A stretch of 32,301 nt of DNA, from IMG/VR virus record IMGVR_UViG_3300015050_000492, positions 1 through 32,301 of that record. One strand, given 5' to 3'. Below, in pieces: positions 15,961 through 25,233 of the stretch. The notes beneath the pieces are model-generated. The model had not been told where the DNA came from. It saw nothing but the letters and a program-made list of their open reading frames with translations, and ran no database searches. The DNA is from a virus (lineage: Duplodnaviria > Caudoviricetes). The first letter of the stretch is position 1. The number at the start of each line of letters is the position of its first letter. The position numbers and the translations under genes are program-made.

Positions 15961-16362
15961 GCACCCATTGTAAACAACCGAATGGTTAAATGGCTCAACT
16001 ATTTTTGGGGGCTGTCTGGCTTGGCTGGATCACACAATCGGCGGGTTGTCCCAAGCCGCACTCGCACATTGCTCATGCACCCATGCCGCTCACATCGAAC
16101 AAGCGGGAGAGAACACACACATGCGCGTGTTCTTCTTACATAGGCCCTGACACAGCATTGATTGGTGCTCATTGGCTCAATGAGAGCGAAGCGAACAACC
16201 CCCTCAAATTTGACCGCTGACGGGCGTTTGGTTTCTAGGGTGCAATGTACGACACAGCCCGACACAGCACTCACGCCTCAAATACGAGGAAAGTGGAAGG
16301 CATGTACGAAGCATGAACAAGTCGAGAACATACCAGAACGATGGGGGTGTAGTAGAACGGAT

Positions 16363-16456
16363 TATCAGCGTGTTAGAACAATAGTGCCGAAGGCGTAGAC
16401 CAAGTGTAACAATATCAATGGGTTAGATATATAAGCCAAGGCTTAAGTTATTGATA
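16363..16456. promoter_or_regulatory. Three IHF-consensus sites (WATCARNNNNTTR)
   Basis: TATCAGCGTGTTA 16363-16375 (+), TATCAATGGGTTA 16413-16425 (+), TATCAATAACTTA 16444-16456 (-). Confidence 0.45.
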
Positions 16457-16557
16457 TCATTACATTCTAGTGAGGTGGAGAGGTGGAGAGTATGGTGTGG
16501 TGACATTATACCACATCACATGCCCAATAGTCTACTGAATTGATAGAATAGCTGCTA

Positions 16558-16586
16558 GGGGTACCCCGGGGGGTTGGGGGGTTGGG
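16558..16586 (+). other. G-rich tract with GGGGTACCCC palindrome; candidate terminus/packaging signal
   Basis: GGGGTACCCCGGGGGGTTGGGGGGTTGGG, unique in the window, between the divergent arms. Confidence 0.45.
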
Positions 16587-16655
16587 TTTATGTGCATTGC
16601 AGTCATTAAATGTCTCGACAAAATTACCGATGTCCAAAAATATTTTTACAAAAAA

Positions 16656-16684
16656 TTGTAACACAACGCACTTTTCAGCAGTAT
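16656..16684 (+). promoter_or_regulatory. Putative phage-sigma late promoter 1
   Basis: TTGTAACA-N16-AGTAT upstream of the first late gene; same motif and spacing at 25152. Confidence 0.65.
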
Positions 16685-16764
16685 TATATATTTTAAGTTG
16701 TTTTTGATTTGTTTTTCTCTTTCATATATATATGAGAGAATATAATATAAGGATATATATGTAA

Positions 16765-17031
16765 GTGAAATATAAAGGTAGAGAGAAGAGTAAGAATATA
16801 ATTGATAAACGTACTCCTAGGAAGATTAGGAATAATAATGATACTGTAGCTGTTCCTTATAATGATGGAACATTTGGTGGTAAGACTGAAAAGGGTATGT
16901 TTAAAGATAGAGAATACTCTAAAGATAGAATTAAACCTAAGGCTGGTAAGAAAGCTAAGCCTAAGAACATAAACGCTAAGAAGAATAAGAAGAAGCTTAG
17001 CACGAAGAAGTTCACGAAGATGGATAAGTAA
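16765..17031 (+). CDS. Small Lys-rich basic protein
   Basis: 88 aa, GTG start, stop abuts the next ATG; very Lys-rich. Confidence 0.65.
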   Translation: MKYKGREKSKNIIDKRTPRKIRNNNDTVAVPYNDGTFGGKTEKGMFKDREYSKDRIKPKAGKKAKPKNINAKKNKKKLSTKKFTKMDK

Positions 17032-18183
17032 ATGGCGATTGATGTAAGCATCACTTCTATCGGTAGCGGATTCAATCGTTCTGTTATTGATACTAACTTC
17101 ACTAATATTCAAGCGGCTCTAGAGAATGCTCTCAGTCGTGATGGTACGCTTCCTAATTCTATGGAGGCGGATATCGACATGGACAGTAATGATATTCTCA
17201 ACGTAGGGGATATCAACACTACTCGTCTCTTTGTCGATGGTGAAGAGTTTGTAGCGGGAGATGTTAGTGCTGTAGGTGATAGGGGTTGGTCCCCTTCCTT
17301 CGCCATCGTCTCTGATAGTGATAGGCGTGTGCTACAGCTCACTGGATATGTTGGAGGTGAGGGCACTGAGCCTACGGATAACGTAGGGAAGTATGTTGGT
17401 TCTACGCAGATGGAGACGCTCATTGCTAATGGCGTTGATATCAGAGGGGCACAGGGAGCTTCTGGTCCCGGTACTGGTGATATGTTGGCGGCACAGAATC
17501 TTTCTGACGTGGCTGACATTCCTACAGCGTTCGCCAATATTAAGCAAGCTGCTACCACCACTGCTACTGGCGTAGTAGAGCTTGCTACAGAGGCAGAGGT
17601 TGTTACTGGCACAGACACTACCAGAGCTACTACAGCGGCTGGTGTAGCGGCTGCTATTGCTGCTCAGCCTGTCCCTGCTATGGTCGTACTAGATGAAGGT
17701 ACTATCTCCACAGCAGCAACATTTGATGTAGTGTTTACTGGCTACGAAGACTACAGGCACATTCGCATCGTACTCTCTCAGCTCCGTCCAGTCACAAATA
17801 GTACAGAACTCCGTTTGCGTTTCAGCAGCGACGGGGGCTCCTCTTTCGTCAGCTCCTCTTTCGCTTACACTATTTTTAGAGAAGGTGTTTTCAGTAACGA
17901 TACTAACTTCTCAACAACTGACGCAGATAGTTCAATTGCATTGGAGACTGCGCTACCAAATACCTCCACCGCGTTTTATACGGGTGATTTAACAATTTAT
18001 GATTGGCAAGATAGTTATAGTACCTTAGCTTTGGGGCAATTTGTTAAGTCGAACGGCTTTACTGTTAGTATGGGTTCCAATGGTGGGTATATTATCACTC
18101 CACAAATTACAAATGCAATCAGATTTTATATGAGCAGTGGTAATATTTCCACTGCCAAATACACAATATACGGGATTAGGTAA
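17032..18183 (+). CDS. Tail fibre / receptor-binding protein 1
   Basis: N-terminal ~70 aa homologous to the 18193 protein; GDMLAAQNLSDV and ATTTATGVVELAT fibre-type motifs. Confidence 0.8.
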   Translation: MAIDVSITSIGSGFNRSVIDTNFTNIQAALENALSRDGTLPNSMEADIDMDSNDILNVGDINTTRLFVDGEEFVAGDVSAVGDRGWSPSFAIVSDSDRRVLQLTGYVGGEGTEPTDNVGKYVGSTQMETLIANGVDIRGAQGASGPGTGDMLAAQNLSDVADIPTAFANIKQAATTTATGVVELATEAEVVTGTDTTRATTAAGVAAAIAAQPVPAMVVLDEGTISTAATFDVVFTGYEDYRHIRIVLSQLRPVTNSTELRLRFSSDGGSSFVSSSFAYTIFREGVFSNDTNFSTTDADSSIALETALPNTSTAFYTGDLTIYDWQDSYSTLALGQFVKSNGFTVSMGSNGGYIITPQITNAIRFYMSSGNISTAKYTIYGIR

Positions 18184-18192
18184 GGAAACAAT

Positions 18193-21027
18193 ATGGCCGT
18201 TGATGTCGAATTAGAAACTATTAGCTCCGGCTATAATACTTCCAACGTCAATACTAACTTTCAGCGCATTGAATCAGCTCTCGAAGATGCTCTTTCTCGT
18301 AGTGGTGATACGCCGAATACGATGGGGGCTGATCTGGACATGAATGGTAATGACATTCTCAATGTTGATAATATTGATGTAAATGTTCTTACTATCGATG
18401 GCATCCCTGTAACTGTTGGTAATGTTGATCTAAACCCAGATTCACTAGTTCCCACTGGTGGTACAGATGGACAAGTACTGACTAAGACTTCTGCTGTAGA
18501 TTATGAAACCGCGTGGGAAGACCCTACCGGTGGTGGAGGTGTAGTTCAGTCTATTGTAGCTGGTACTAACATCACAGTAGATGCTACTGATCCTGCTAAT
18601 CCCATCGTGAGTTCAAGTGCTGCTGGTGTAACTGATGGTGATAAAGGGGATATTGTTGTCTCTTCCAGCGGTGCGGTTTGGTCTATTGATGCAGGGGTAA
18701 TTGTTAATGCGGACATTAATGCTGCTGCTGGTATTGATGCCACTAAGTTGGCAGATGGTACTGTAACAAATACTGAACTGCAATATATTAATACACTATC
18801 ATCCAATGCACAAACTCAACTTGATGGTAAGCAGCCACTTGATAGTGATCTAACCGCTATTGCGGCACTCTCCACTCAGACTTTTGGTCGTGCTCGTTTG
18901 ACTGATGTTGCTGATAACGATGCTCGTCTTGCCTTGTTCACTACTGTTAGGGTTGGTAGTCGAACAGCCTTGAAGGCGTTGGATACGACAAAAGACCTAG
19001 TTGCGGTTTTGAGAGAAAGTGGACGTGAGGGCACTTTCCTGTGGATGACAGGAGACTACTCAGCTCAGATCGCAGCCGATACTCAGGAGGGTATCTACGT
19101 CAAGGCTAATGCCATCGCTTCCTCAGCGGGGGCATGGGTCCGTCTATATGTCGTCGAAATGAAAGCCGAATGGTTCGGTGCTGTAGGTGATGGCACGACG
19201 GACAGTACGATTGCTCTTAACGCAGCAGCTATCATATCTGAGGGTGCTGTATTAGCTCTTGGGCCCGGTACGTTCCTCACTGACGCTATGGTGTACGCCC
19301 CCGGTGTGGCCACGCCTTGGAAGCTGAGAGGCGCTGGGCAGAACGCAACCTCGATCCGCAAGCGCACAGCGACGGCGTCCGCCACCTTGACTATCGGGCA
19401 GAGCACGTCGCCTGCTTATCTTCCCGATATCAGCATCGAAGACATCACGATCGACGGCTTCAACGGGACCGCCGACGCCGCACTTCGGCTCTATGATGTC
19501 TGGAAATCCAGCCTCAAGAACGTGCGTTGCGATAACGCGATCATCGGGCTCGACGCGCTAACGACCATCTTCCTGTCGGGTGACCACGTGGTCTGCGACT
19601 TCAATGAGATTGGTTTGAATGTCAATGATTTCGCTGGGTCATCGTTTGTTGGGGGAAGGCCAGCAGTCATTGGATTTAGTAATAGCCAGTTCCAGAATAA
19701 TTCACAGAGAGGTATACAAGCTGATAATGTTGATCAACTAGTACTCAATGCTTGTGCTATTGAATTTAATGGTACTACGATTGCGACAGCGGACGAGGGC
19801 GGCATCTGGATGGGACCAGACACAGGTGAGACGCTTAGTTCGTTCGCCACTGGGCTCACTGCTGTCGGTTGTTGGTTCGAGAGCAATAAGGGCATCGCAG
19901 ACGCTCAGTTTGAGGCCGGGCAGAACACTCTTCTGAATTGTGAGTTTGTCAACCCGCTCACTACCTACACCACCCACGACGTACGCATTGTCGGGGGGCG
20001 CTATCAGCTTCAGGGCTGTACGTCGGTCAACTCGAAAGCCGCAAACGTTATGGAGGAGAGCGGTGCTCTCTCGGGCAACCTGATCATCGGTTGTCAGATG
20101 GGCGTGCTATCGGTCGATGCCACGAAGACCGGCATCAACACGGGCGCTGCGTTGACGATTGCCACGATCAACGTGGGTACGGCGTTGCTGCCGTCAACTA
20201 GCGACGGCGCGGCGCTCGGGTCGACGAGCAAGATGTGGTCGGACCTGTTCCTCGCCTCTGGTGGTGTGATAAATTGGAACAACGGCGATGTGTTGGCGAC
20301 GCACTCTGCCAATACCCTCTCGTGGAGTGGGGCGTCATCTGGATACCATTACGACGCCGAGGTTGACGTTAACATCTCAACAGCGAATACATTTTCGTCT
20401 GGTGTAAATGTTCGTAAACGCGGAACGACCGGTGATGCGACAGCAGCAATTGTCAATGGCACCGAAATCGGGTTCCACTCGTTTTATGGTTGGGATGGTG
20501 CTGGCTACGGTCGCGGTGCCTACGCCTTGGCAAACGCCACGCAAAATTGGGCGGCCAGCACTCACGGCGCATCCTACTCCATCGCCGTCACCGCCAACGG
20601 CTCGAATGATGCCAGCCGGTCGATGCTCATCGATCAGGACGGCAGCGTCCTATTTGAACGCAGCACTGTTAAGCTATCTTCACCGACGGGTGGTCTTGGG
20701 TATGGCACCGGTGCCGGTGGCACTGTTACACAGATAACTAGTAAGTCAACAGGTGTTACGCTCAGTAAAGTCAGTGGCCAAATCACTACACACAACGCTG
20801 CCCTTGCAGCGGCTACAATCGTCAGTTTCACTCTCACGAATACTGTTATTGCTGCTGGTGATGTGCTTGTCCTCAATCATGTTTCCGGTGGAACATTAGG
20901 TGCTTACACTCTTAACGCAGCTTGTGGAGCTGGCACAGCTACAATTACTATTCGTAATAATACCGCTGGTTCATTATCCGATGCGATGGTAATTGGATTT
21001 GCACTGATTAAGGGTGTAACATCATGA
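18193..21027 (+). CDS. Tailspike / receptor-binding protein 2 with pectate-lyase-like beta-helix (putative depolymerase)
   Basis: Shared N-terminal anchor; PTGGTDGQVLTKTSAVDY; WFGAVGDGTTDSTIALNAA start of beta-helix; Asn/Cys ladder repeats. Confidence 0.87.
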   Translation: MAVDVELETISSGYNTSNVNTNFQRIESALEDALSRSGDTPNTMGADLDMNGNDILNVDNIDVNVLTIDGIPVTVGNVDLNPDSLVPTGGTDGQVLTKTSAVDYETAWEDPTGGGGVVQSIVAGTNITVDATDPANPIVSSSAAGVTDGDKGDIVVSSSGAVWSIDAGVIVNADINAAAGIDATKLADGTVTNTELQYINTLSSNAQTQLDGKQPLDSDLTAIAALSTQTFGRARLTDVADNDARLALFTTVRVGSRTALKALDTTKDLVAVLRESGREGTFLWMTGDYSAQIAADTQEGIYVKANAIASSAGAWVRLYVVEMKAEWFGAVGDGTTDSTIALNAAAIISEGAVLALGPGTFLTDAMVYAPGVATPWKLRGAGQNATSIRKRTATASATLTIGQSTSPAYLPDISIEDITIDGFNGTADAALRLYDVWKSSLKNVRCDNAIIGLDALTTIFLSGDHVVCDFNEIGLNVNDFAGSSFVGGRPAVIGFSNSQFQNNSQRGIQADNVDQLVLNACAIEFNGTTIATADEGGIWMGPDTGETLSSFATGLTAVGCWFESNKGIADAQFEAGQNTLLNCEFVNPLTTYTTHDVRIVGGRYQLQGCTSVNSKAANVMEESGALSGNLIIGCQMGVLSVDATKTGINTGAALTIATINVGTALLPSTSDGAALGSTSKMWSDLFLASGGVINWNNGDVLATHSANTLSWSGASSGYHYDAEVDVNISTANTFSSGVNVRKRGTTGDATAAIVNGTEIGFHSFYGWDGAGYGRGAYALANATQNWAASTHGASYSIAVTANGSNDASRSMLIDQDGSVLFERSTVKLSSPTGGLGYGTGAGGTVTQITSKSTGVTLSKVSGQITTHNAALAAATIVSFTLTNTVIAAGDVLVLNHVSGGTLGAYTLNAACGAGTATITIRNNTAGSLSDAMVIGFALIKGVTS

Positions 21028-21548
21028 AGACTACATGGACTAAAGAAAATATGCGAGATAGTCGTGGTTATCCAATGACTCAAGCCCTATTCCTTGAGAC
21101 AGTATATAGCCCCTACGCTATCTGGACATTCGATGATGAAGATAAGGAATTCACTTATCAAGATGGGGAGAAGAGGCTCTTGAAGTCTCTTCGCTCCTAC
21201 TACCTCGATATTGCCGACCCGACTGAATATCAGTTCGCTAAGCAATGTACCCTTGGTTGGGATCATTGGAAACGTCTAACTGAGAATAAAATGATTAGAA
21301 GTGAGGTGGATAAATGGCGTGAAGAGCTTGAAGTTATGCTCCGTTCTGAAGGCATCCTATCCATCGTCACTGCAAGTGAAGAGAACTTCCAAGCGGCCAA
21401 GTGGCTTGCTGATAAGGGCTGGAGTAAGAGCGGTCCCGGCCGCCCTTCCAAGTCTGATGTTGAACGAGAGAAGCGTGTTGCTGATCGAGTTAATCAGGGC
21501 TTCGGTGCTGACATCCTACGTATGAAAGAATTCCAGAAAAATGGCTGA
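21024..21548 (+). CDS. Probable terminase small subunit
   Basis: 174 aa directly upstream of and overlapping TerL; QAAKWLADKGW...GRPSK. Assignment mainly by position. Confidence 0.6.
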   Translation: MKTTWTKENMRDSRGYPMTQALFLETVYSPYAIWTFDDEDKEFTYQDGEKRLLKSLRSYYLDIADPTEYQFAKQCTLGWDHWKRLTENKMIRSEVDKWREELEVMLRSEGILSIVTASEENFQAAKWLADKGWSKSGPGRPSKSDVEREKRVADRVNQGFGADILRMKEFQKNG

Positions 21549-23136
21549 AGAACAGTGGCTTGAGGAAGCTCTCACTATCGTAAAGAAAATGCCCAAAGAG
21601 GCTAAAGAGATTCGTGAGCGTGCCCTCGAAGACCTCGTGTTCTTTGCTACGCTAGTTAATCCCGGCTACATGTACGGGGAAATTCATCGTAAAATCTTTC
21701 GATGGATGCAGGAGTATTCGCTGTTTGGTGGAGATCAACTCTCAAGTAATAAACTAACCATGCTCCCTCGGGCTCATCTGAAAAGCCATATGGTGGCGAC
21801 ATGGTGTGCGTGGATTATCTTGAGACACCCCGAAGTTACAATTCTCTACCTATCAGCAACGGCAGAGCTGGCTCAAACCCAGCTCCTTGCCATCCAACAG
21901 ATTCTAGCTGGCAACGTTTGTATGAAGTTCTTCCCGGAATATATCCATCCGCAGGAAGGGCTTCGTAAGCGTTGGAGTCAAAGTAAGATTACGATTGACC
22001 ACCCCGCACGTGGGCAGGTACGTGACCCTACGGTTACTACTGCTGGTCTTACTACCAACACTACCGGTTGGCACGCCGACATCATTGTTGCAGACGATAT
22101 CGTTGTTCCTGAGAATGCGTACACTGAGGAGGGACGCGAAAGCGTCAGTAAGAAAAGTAGTCAGTTCACTTCTATCCGTAACCCGGGTGGATTCACTATG
22201 GCTTGTGGTACGAGATATTTCCCTACCGACATCTACTACACTTGGATGGAACAATACTATCCGGTATACGATGCGGATGGGACACAGATCGATACCAAAG
22301 CTGTTTGGGAAGTAGAAGAACATAAGGTTGAAGAACACGGTGTGTTCCTCTGGCCTCGTACTGTCCGCAAGGATGGTAAGGCGTTTGGTTTCAACAAGCA
22401 GGTGCTGGCTCGTATCGAAGCGGAATATAACGACCGTACACAGTTCTTTGCTCAGTACTACAATGATCCTAATGACCCTCAGTCTAATCGTATCTCTAGG
22501 AACAAGTTCCAGTATTACGATGTAAGGCGACTGAAGAAGGAGGGATCAAATTGGTTCTTCAGAGACAAGAGGTTGAACATCTATGCCGCAATCGATTTTG
22601 CTTTCTCTCTCAACAAAGCTGCTGACTATACAGCTATTGTTGTGGTTGGCGTTGATAGCGACGGCCAGTATTATGTTCTAGACATTGACAGATTTAAGAG
22701 CAACAAGACTATCGATTACTTCCAGCATATCACCTCCCTCCACTCTAAGTGGAAGTTCAAGAAGATACGAGCTGAAGTGACTGTTGCTCAGGAAGTCATT
22801 GTCCAGAGTATTAAAGATTTCATGAAACAATATGGGTTGACAATTGCCGTAGATGAACATCGTCCTAGTAGGGCGGAAGGTAGCAAAGAAGAACGCATTG
22901 CTGCTGCCCTTGAACATCTGTACGACGATATGCGTGTGTGGCATTTTGAAGGAGGGCTCACGCCCGTTCTTGAGGATGAACTCATTCAGGCTCGTCCATC
23001 CCATGATGACTGTAAGGATGCTATGGCTAATGCCGTGAGTATCTCTATTAAGCCTATCGGTTCTCGGAGTAACGCTCAGGAGCTTATGGCATTGCACGCC
23101 CCTCGTGGGCGATTCGGTGGAGTTGCATATAGATGA
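21541..23136 (+). CDS. terL: Terminase large subunit
   Basis: Walker A variant LPRAHLKS, Walker B IIVADDIV, GTRY coupling motif, FFAQYYNDP, nuclease AIDFAF...ADYTA...HDDCKDA. Confidence 0.93.
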   Translation: MAEEQWLEEALTIVKKMPKEAKEIRERALEDLVFFATLVNPGYMYGEIHRKIFRWMQEYSLFGGDQLSSNKLTMLPRAHLKSHMVATWCAWIILRHPEVTILYLSATAELAQTQLLAIQQILAGNVCMKFFPEYIHPQEGLRKRWSQSKITIDHPARGQVRDPTVTTAGLTTNTTGWHADIIVADDIVVPENAYTEEGRESVSKKSSQFTSIRNPGGFTMACGTRYFPTDIYYTWMEQYYPVYDADGTQIDTKAVWEVEEHKVEEHGVFLWPRTVRKDGKAFGFNKQVLARIEAEYNDRTQFFAQYYNDPNDPQSNRISRNKFQYYDVRRLKKEGSNWFFRDKRLNIYAAIDFAFSLNKAADYTAIVVVGVDSDGQYYVLDIDRFKSNKTIDYFQHITSLHSKWKFKKIRAEVTVAQEVIVQSIKDFMKQYGLTIAVDEHRPSRAEGSKEERIAAALEHLYDDMRVWHFEGGLTPVLEDELIQARPSHDDCKDAMANAVSISIKPIGSRSNAQELMALHAPRGRFGGVAYR

Positions 23137-24911
23137 GCGACAAAGTACTTGAGATTGCCGCATTCACAGGCAGGGATGAACCCGCTGCGTTTGTTAGTAA
23201 TCTGTGGGATACGTATAATAACCAGAGGGCCTCTTGGCTCCAAGAGCAGGTAGAGCTTCAGCAGTATATTTTTGCTACTGATACTACCACTACGACCAAT
23301 CAGAACCTCCCGTGGAAGAACTCCACTACGCTCCCGAAGCTTGCTCAGCTCCGAGATAACCTTCATTCCAATTACCTCTCCGCTCTGTTCCCCAACGATC
23401 GTTGGCTACAGTGGAAGGGCTATACAAAGAAAGATAGTTCTCGCCGTAAAGCTAAGGTGATCACGGCGTACATGGAGAACAAAACCCGTGAAAGCAGGTT
23501 CAGGCAGGAAGTTTCTCGTCTACTCTATGACTATATCGATTTTGGGAACGCTTTTGTCATCCCTTCTTACGAACGAAGGTACAAGAAAGATCGGAACGGA
23601 ACACTCTCCCCCGGATTTACTGGTCCCCGTGGTCATCGCATTAGTCCTCATGACATTATCTTCAACCCGCTAGCTTCTACGTTTGAAGATACGTTCAAGG
23701 TAATTAGGAGTCTTAAGACTCTTGGTGAGCTTAAGAAGGCTTCCATTGATGCACCAGAACAGAAGTTTTGGGAGAAGGCCCTAGAGCGTCGTAAGATGAT
23801 TCGTAACAGTATGTCAGGCTATACTAAGGAAGACTTCGATAAGTCTATTGGGTATAGCGTTGATGGCTTCGGTAGTATGTACGAATACTTGAAGTCCGAC
23901 TACATGGAAATTCTCGAGTTCTACGGGGATTACCATGATGCCAATACTGGTGAGCTTAAGCTTAATCGCATGATCACCATTGTTGATCGTGCCTTCACTG
24001 CTCGTGATGAGGAAATCCCCACCTATGATGGCAGGGCTCCTATTCGTCACGTAGGCTGGCGTACTCGCCCTGATAACCTTTGGGCTATGGGTCCGCTGAA
24101 TAACCTTGTTGGTATGCAGTATCGTATCGACCACCTCGAAAACCTCGTAGCTGACGCTATGGACCTTGTGGTTCATCCCCCTCTGATGATTATCGGTGAA
24201 GTGGAAGAATTCATTTGGGGTCCGGGTGTTGAAATCCACCTTGATGAGAATGGCAAGGTTGAGGAAATCTCCAAGAACATGAGCGCCATCATCGCCGCTA
24301 AGTCCACTGTTTCGGATTTGATGGATCAGATGGAACTCTTTGCTGGTGCTCCTCGTGAAGCTATGGGTGTACGTTCTCCCGGTGAGAAGACTGCTCTGGA
24401 AGTTGATAGGCTCTTTACTGCTGCCTCTCGTATCTTCCAAGAAAAGATCACATCGTTTGAAGTTAACCTTTTGGAGCCGCATCTAAATGATCAATTGGAA
24501 ATCAGTGTTCGGAATTTTGACGGAGCTGATATTGTCCGCACTATGGATAACGACTTGGGCATTACTGAATTTGCTACGATTACTCGTGATGACCTTAGCT
24601 CTAGTGGGGTCATACGCCCTGTCGGGGCTCGACATTTCGCAGAGTCTGCTCAGTCGCTACAGAACCTCGTGGGTATCGCGTCTACCCCTCTTTGGGAGAT
24701 GATTCGTCCACATACCTCTGGTATTAATATGACCAAGTATGTTGATGATGTTCTCTCCATCACTGGATATGAGTTGTTCCGACCGAACGTTGCTGTTGAA
24801 GAACAGAAGCAAACTCAGTCCCTGATGAACCAAGTTAGTGAAGATATGGAAATGGAAGCATTGATGCCTTCTAATCCCGGTATCATCCCAGCAGCTCCTG
24901 CCGCCGCATGA
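23133..24911 (+). CDS. Portal protein
   Basis: 592 aa after TerL; YDYIDFGNAF, RPDNLWAMGPL, GVRSPGEKTALEV as in podovirus portals. Confidence 0.88.
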   Translation: MSDKVLEIAAFTGRDEPAAFVSNLWDTYNNQRASWLQEQVELQQYIFATDTTTTTNQNLPWKNSTTLPKLAQLRDNLHSNYLSALFPNDRWLQWKGYTKKDSSRRKAKVITAYMENKTRESRFRQEVSRLLYDYIDFGNAFVIPSYERRYKKDRNGTLSPGFTGPRGHRISPHDIIFNPLASTFEDTFKVIRSLKTLGELKKASIDAPEQKFWEKALERRKMIRNSMSGYTKEDFDKSIGYSVDGFGSMYEYLKSDYMEILEFYGDYHDANTGELKLNRMITIVDRAFTARDEEIPTYDGRAPIRHVGWRTRPDNLWAMGPLNNLVGMQYRIDHLENLVADAMDLVVHPPLMIIGEVEEFIWGPGVEIHLDENGKVEEISKNMSAIIAAKSTVSDLMDQMELFAGAPREAMGVRSPGEKTALEVDRLFTAASRIFQEKITSFEVNLLEPHLNDQLEISVRNFDGADIVRTMDNDLGITEFATITRDDLSSSGVIRPVGARHFAESAQSLQNLVGIASTPLWEMIRPHTSGINMTKYVDDVLSITGYELFRPNVAVEEQKQTQSLMNQVSEDMEMEALMPSNPGIIPAAPAAA

Positions 24912-25150
24912 AGAAGTCATGGACGCAGGGGTTAGATGAAACCCGAACTAAAGATGTGAGGGGGGATTATCTCTCCTCACTCATCCTACGTAAACGTTTA
25001 GTTGAACTCCTCGAAGAGAAGATTACCATAGCAGAAACTACTTCCCTCAACAAAGAGGGATATGATGTGGCTAATTGGGCTTATAAACAGGCTGACCTAA
25101 TCGGTTTTAAGCGTGCTCTTAGAGATGTAATTAATTTAGTTACAGATTGA
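24908..25150 (+). CDS. Small hypothetical protein after portal
   Basis: ATGA overlap with the portal stop; 80 aa, helical. Confidence 0.75.
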   Translation: MKKSWTQGLDETRTKDVRGDYLSSLILRKRLVELLEEKITIAETTSLNKEGYDVANWAYKQADLIGFKRALRDVINLVTD

Positions 25151-25151
25151 T

Positions 25152-25180
25152 TTGTAACAAATTATAATATTTGAGAGTAT
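25152..25180 (+). promoter_or_regulatory. Putative phage-sigma late promoter 2 (scaffold-capsid operon)
   Basis: TTGTAACA-N16-AGTAT in the AT-rich gap before the scaffold gene. Confidence 0.65.
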
Positions 25181-25233
25181 ATAGTAATACTACTACATTC
25201 TCAATATTGCAATATAGGAATATATAATATAAT

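Noticed and set aside
15371-16398. ORFs of 76-154 aa in the inter-arm region
   Set aside because: Overlap on both strands, atypical composition, no clear RBS; the region is better explained as structured non-coding DNA.
16404-16432. GTGTAACA as a third late promoter
   Set aside because: No AGTAT at 16-nt spacing, and it overlaps an IHF-like site.
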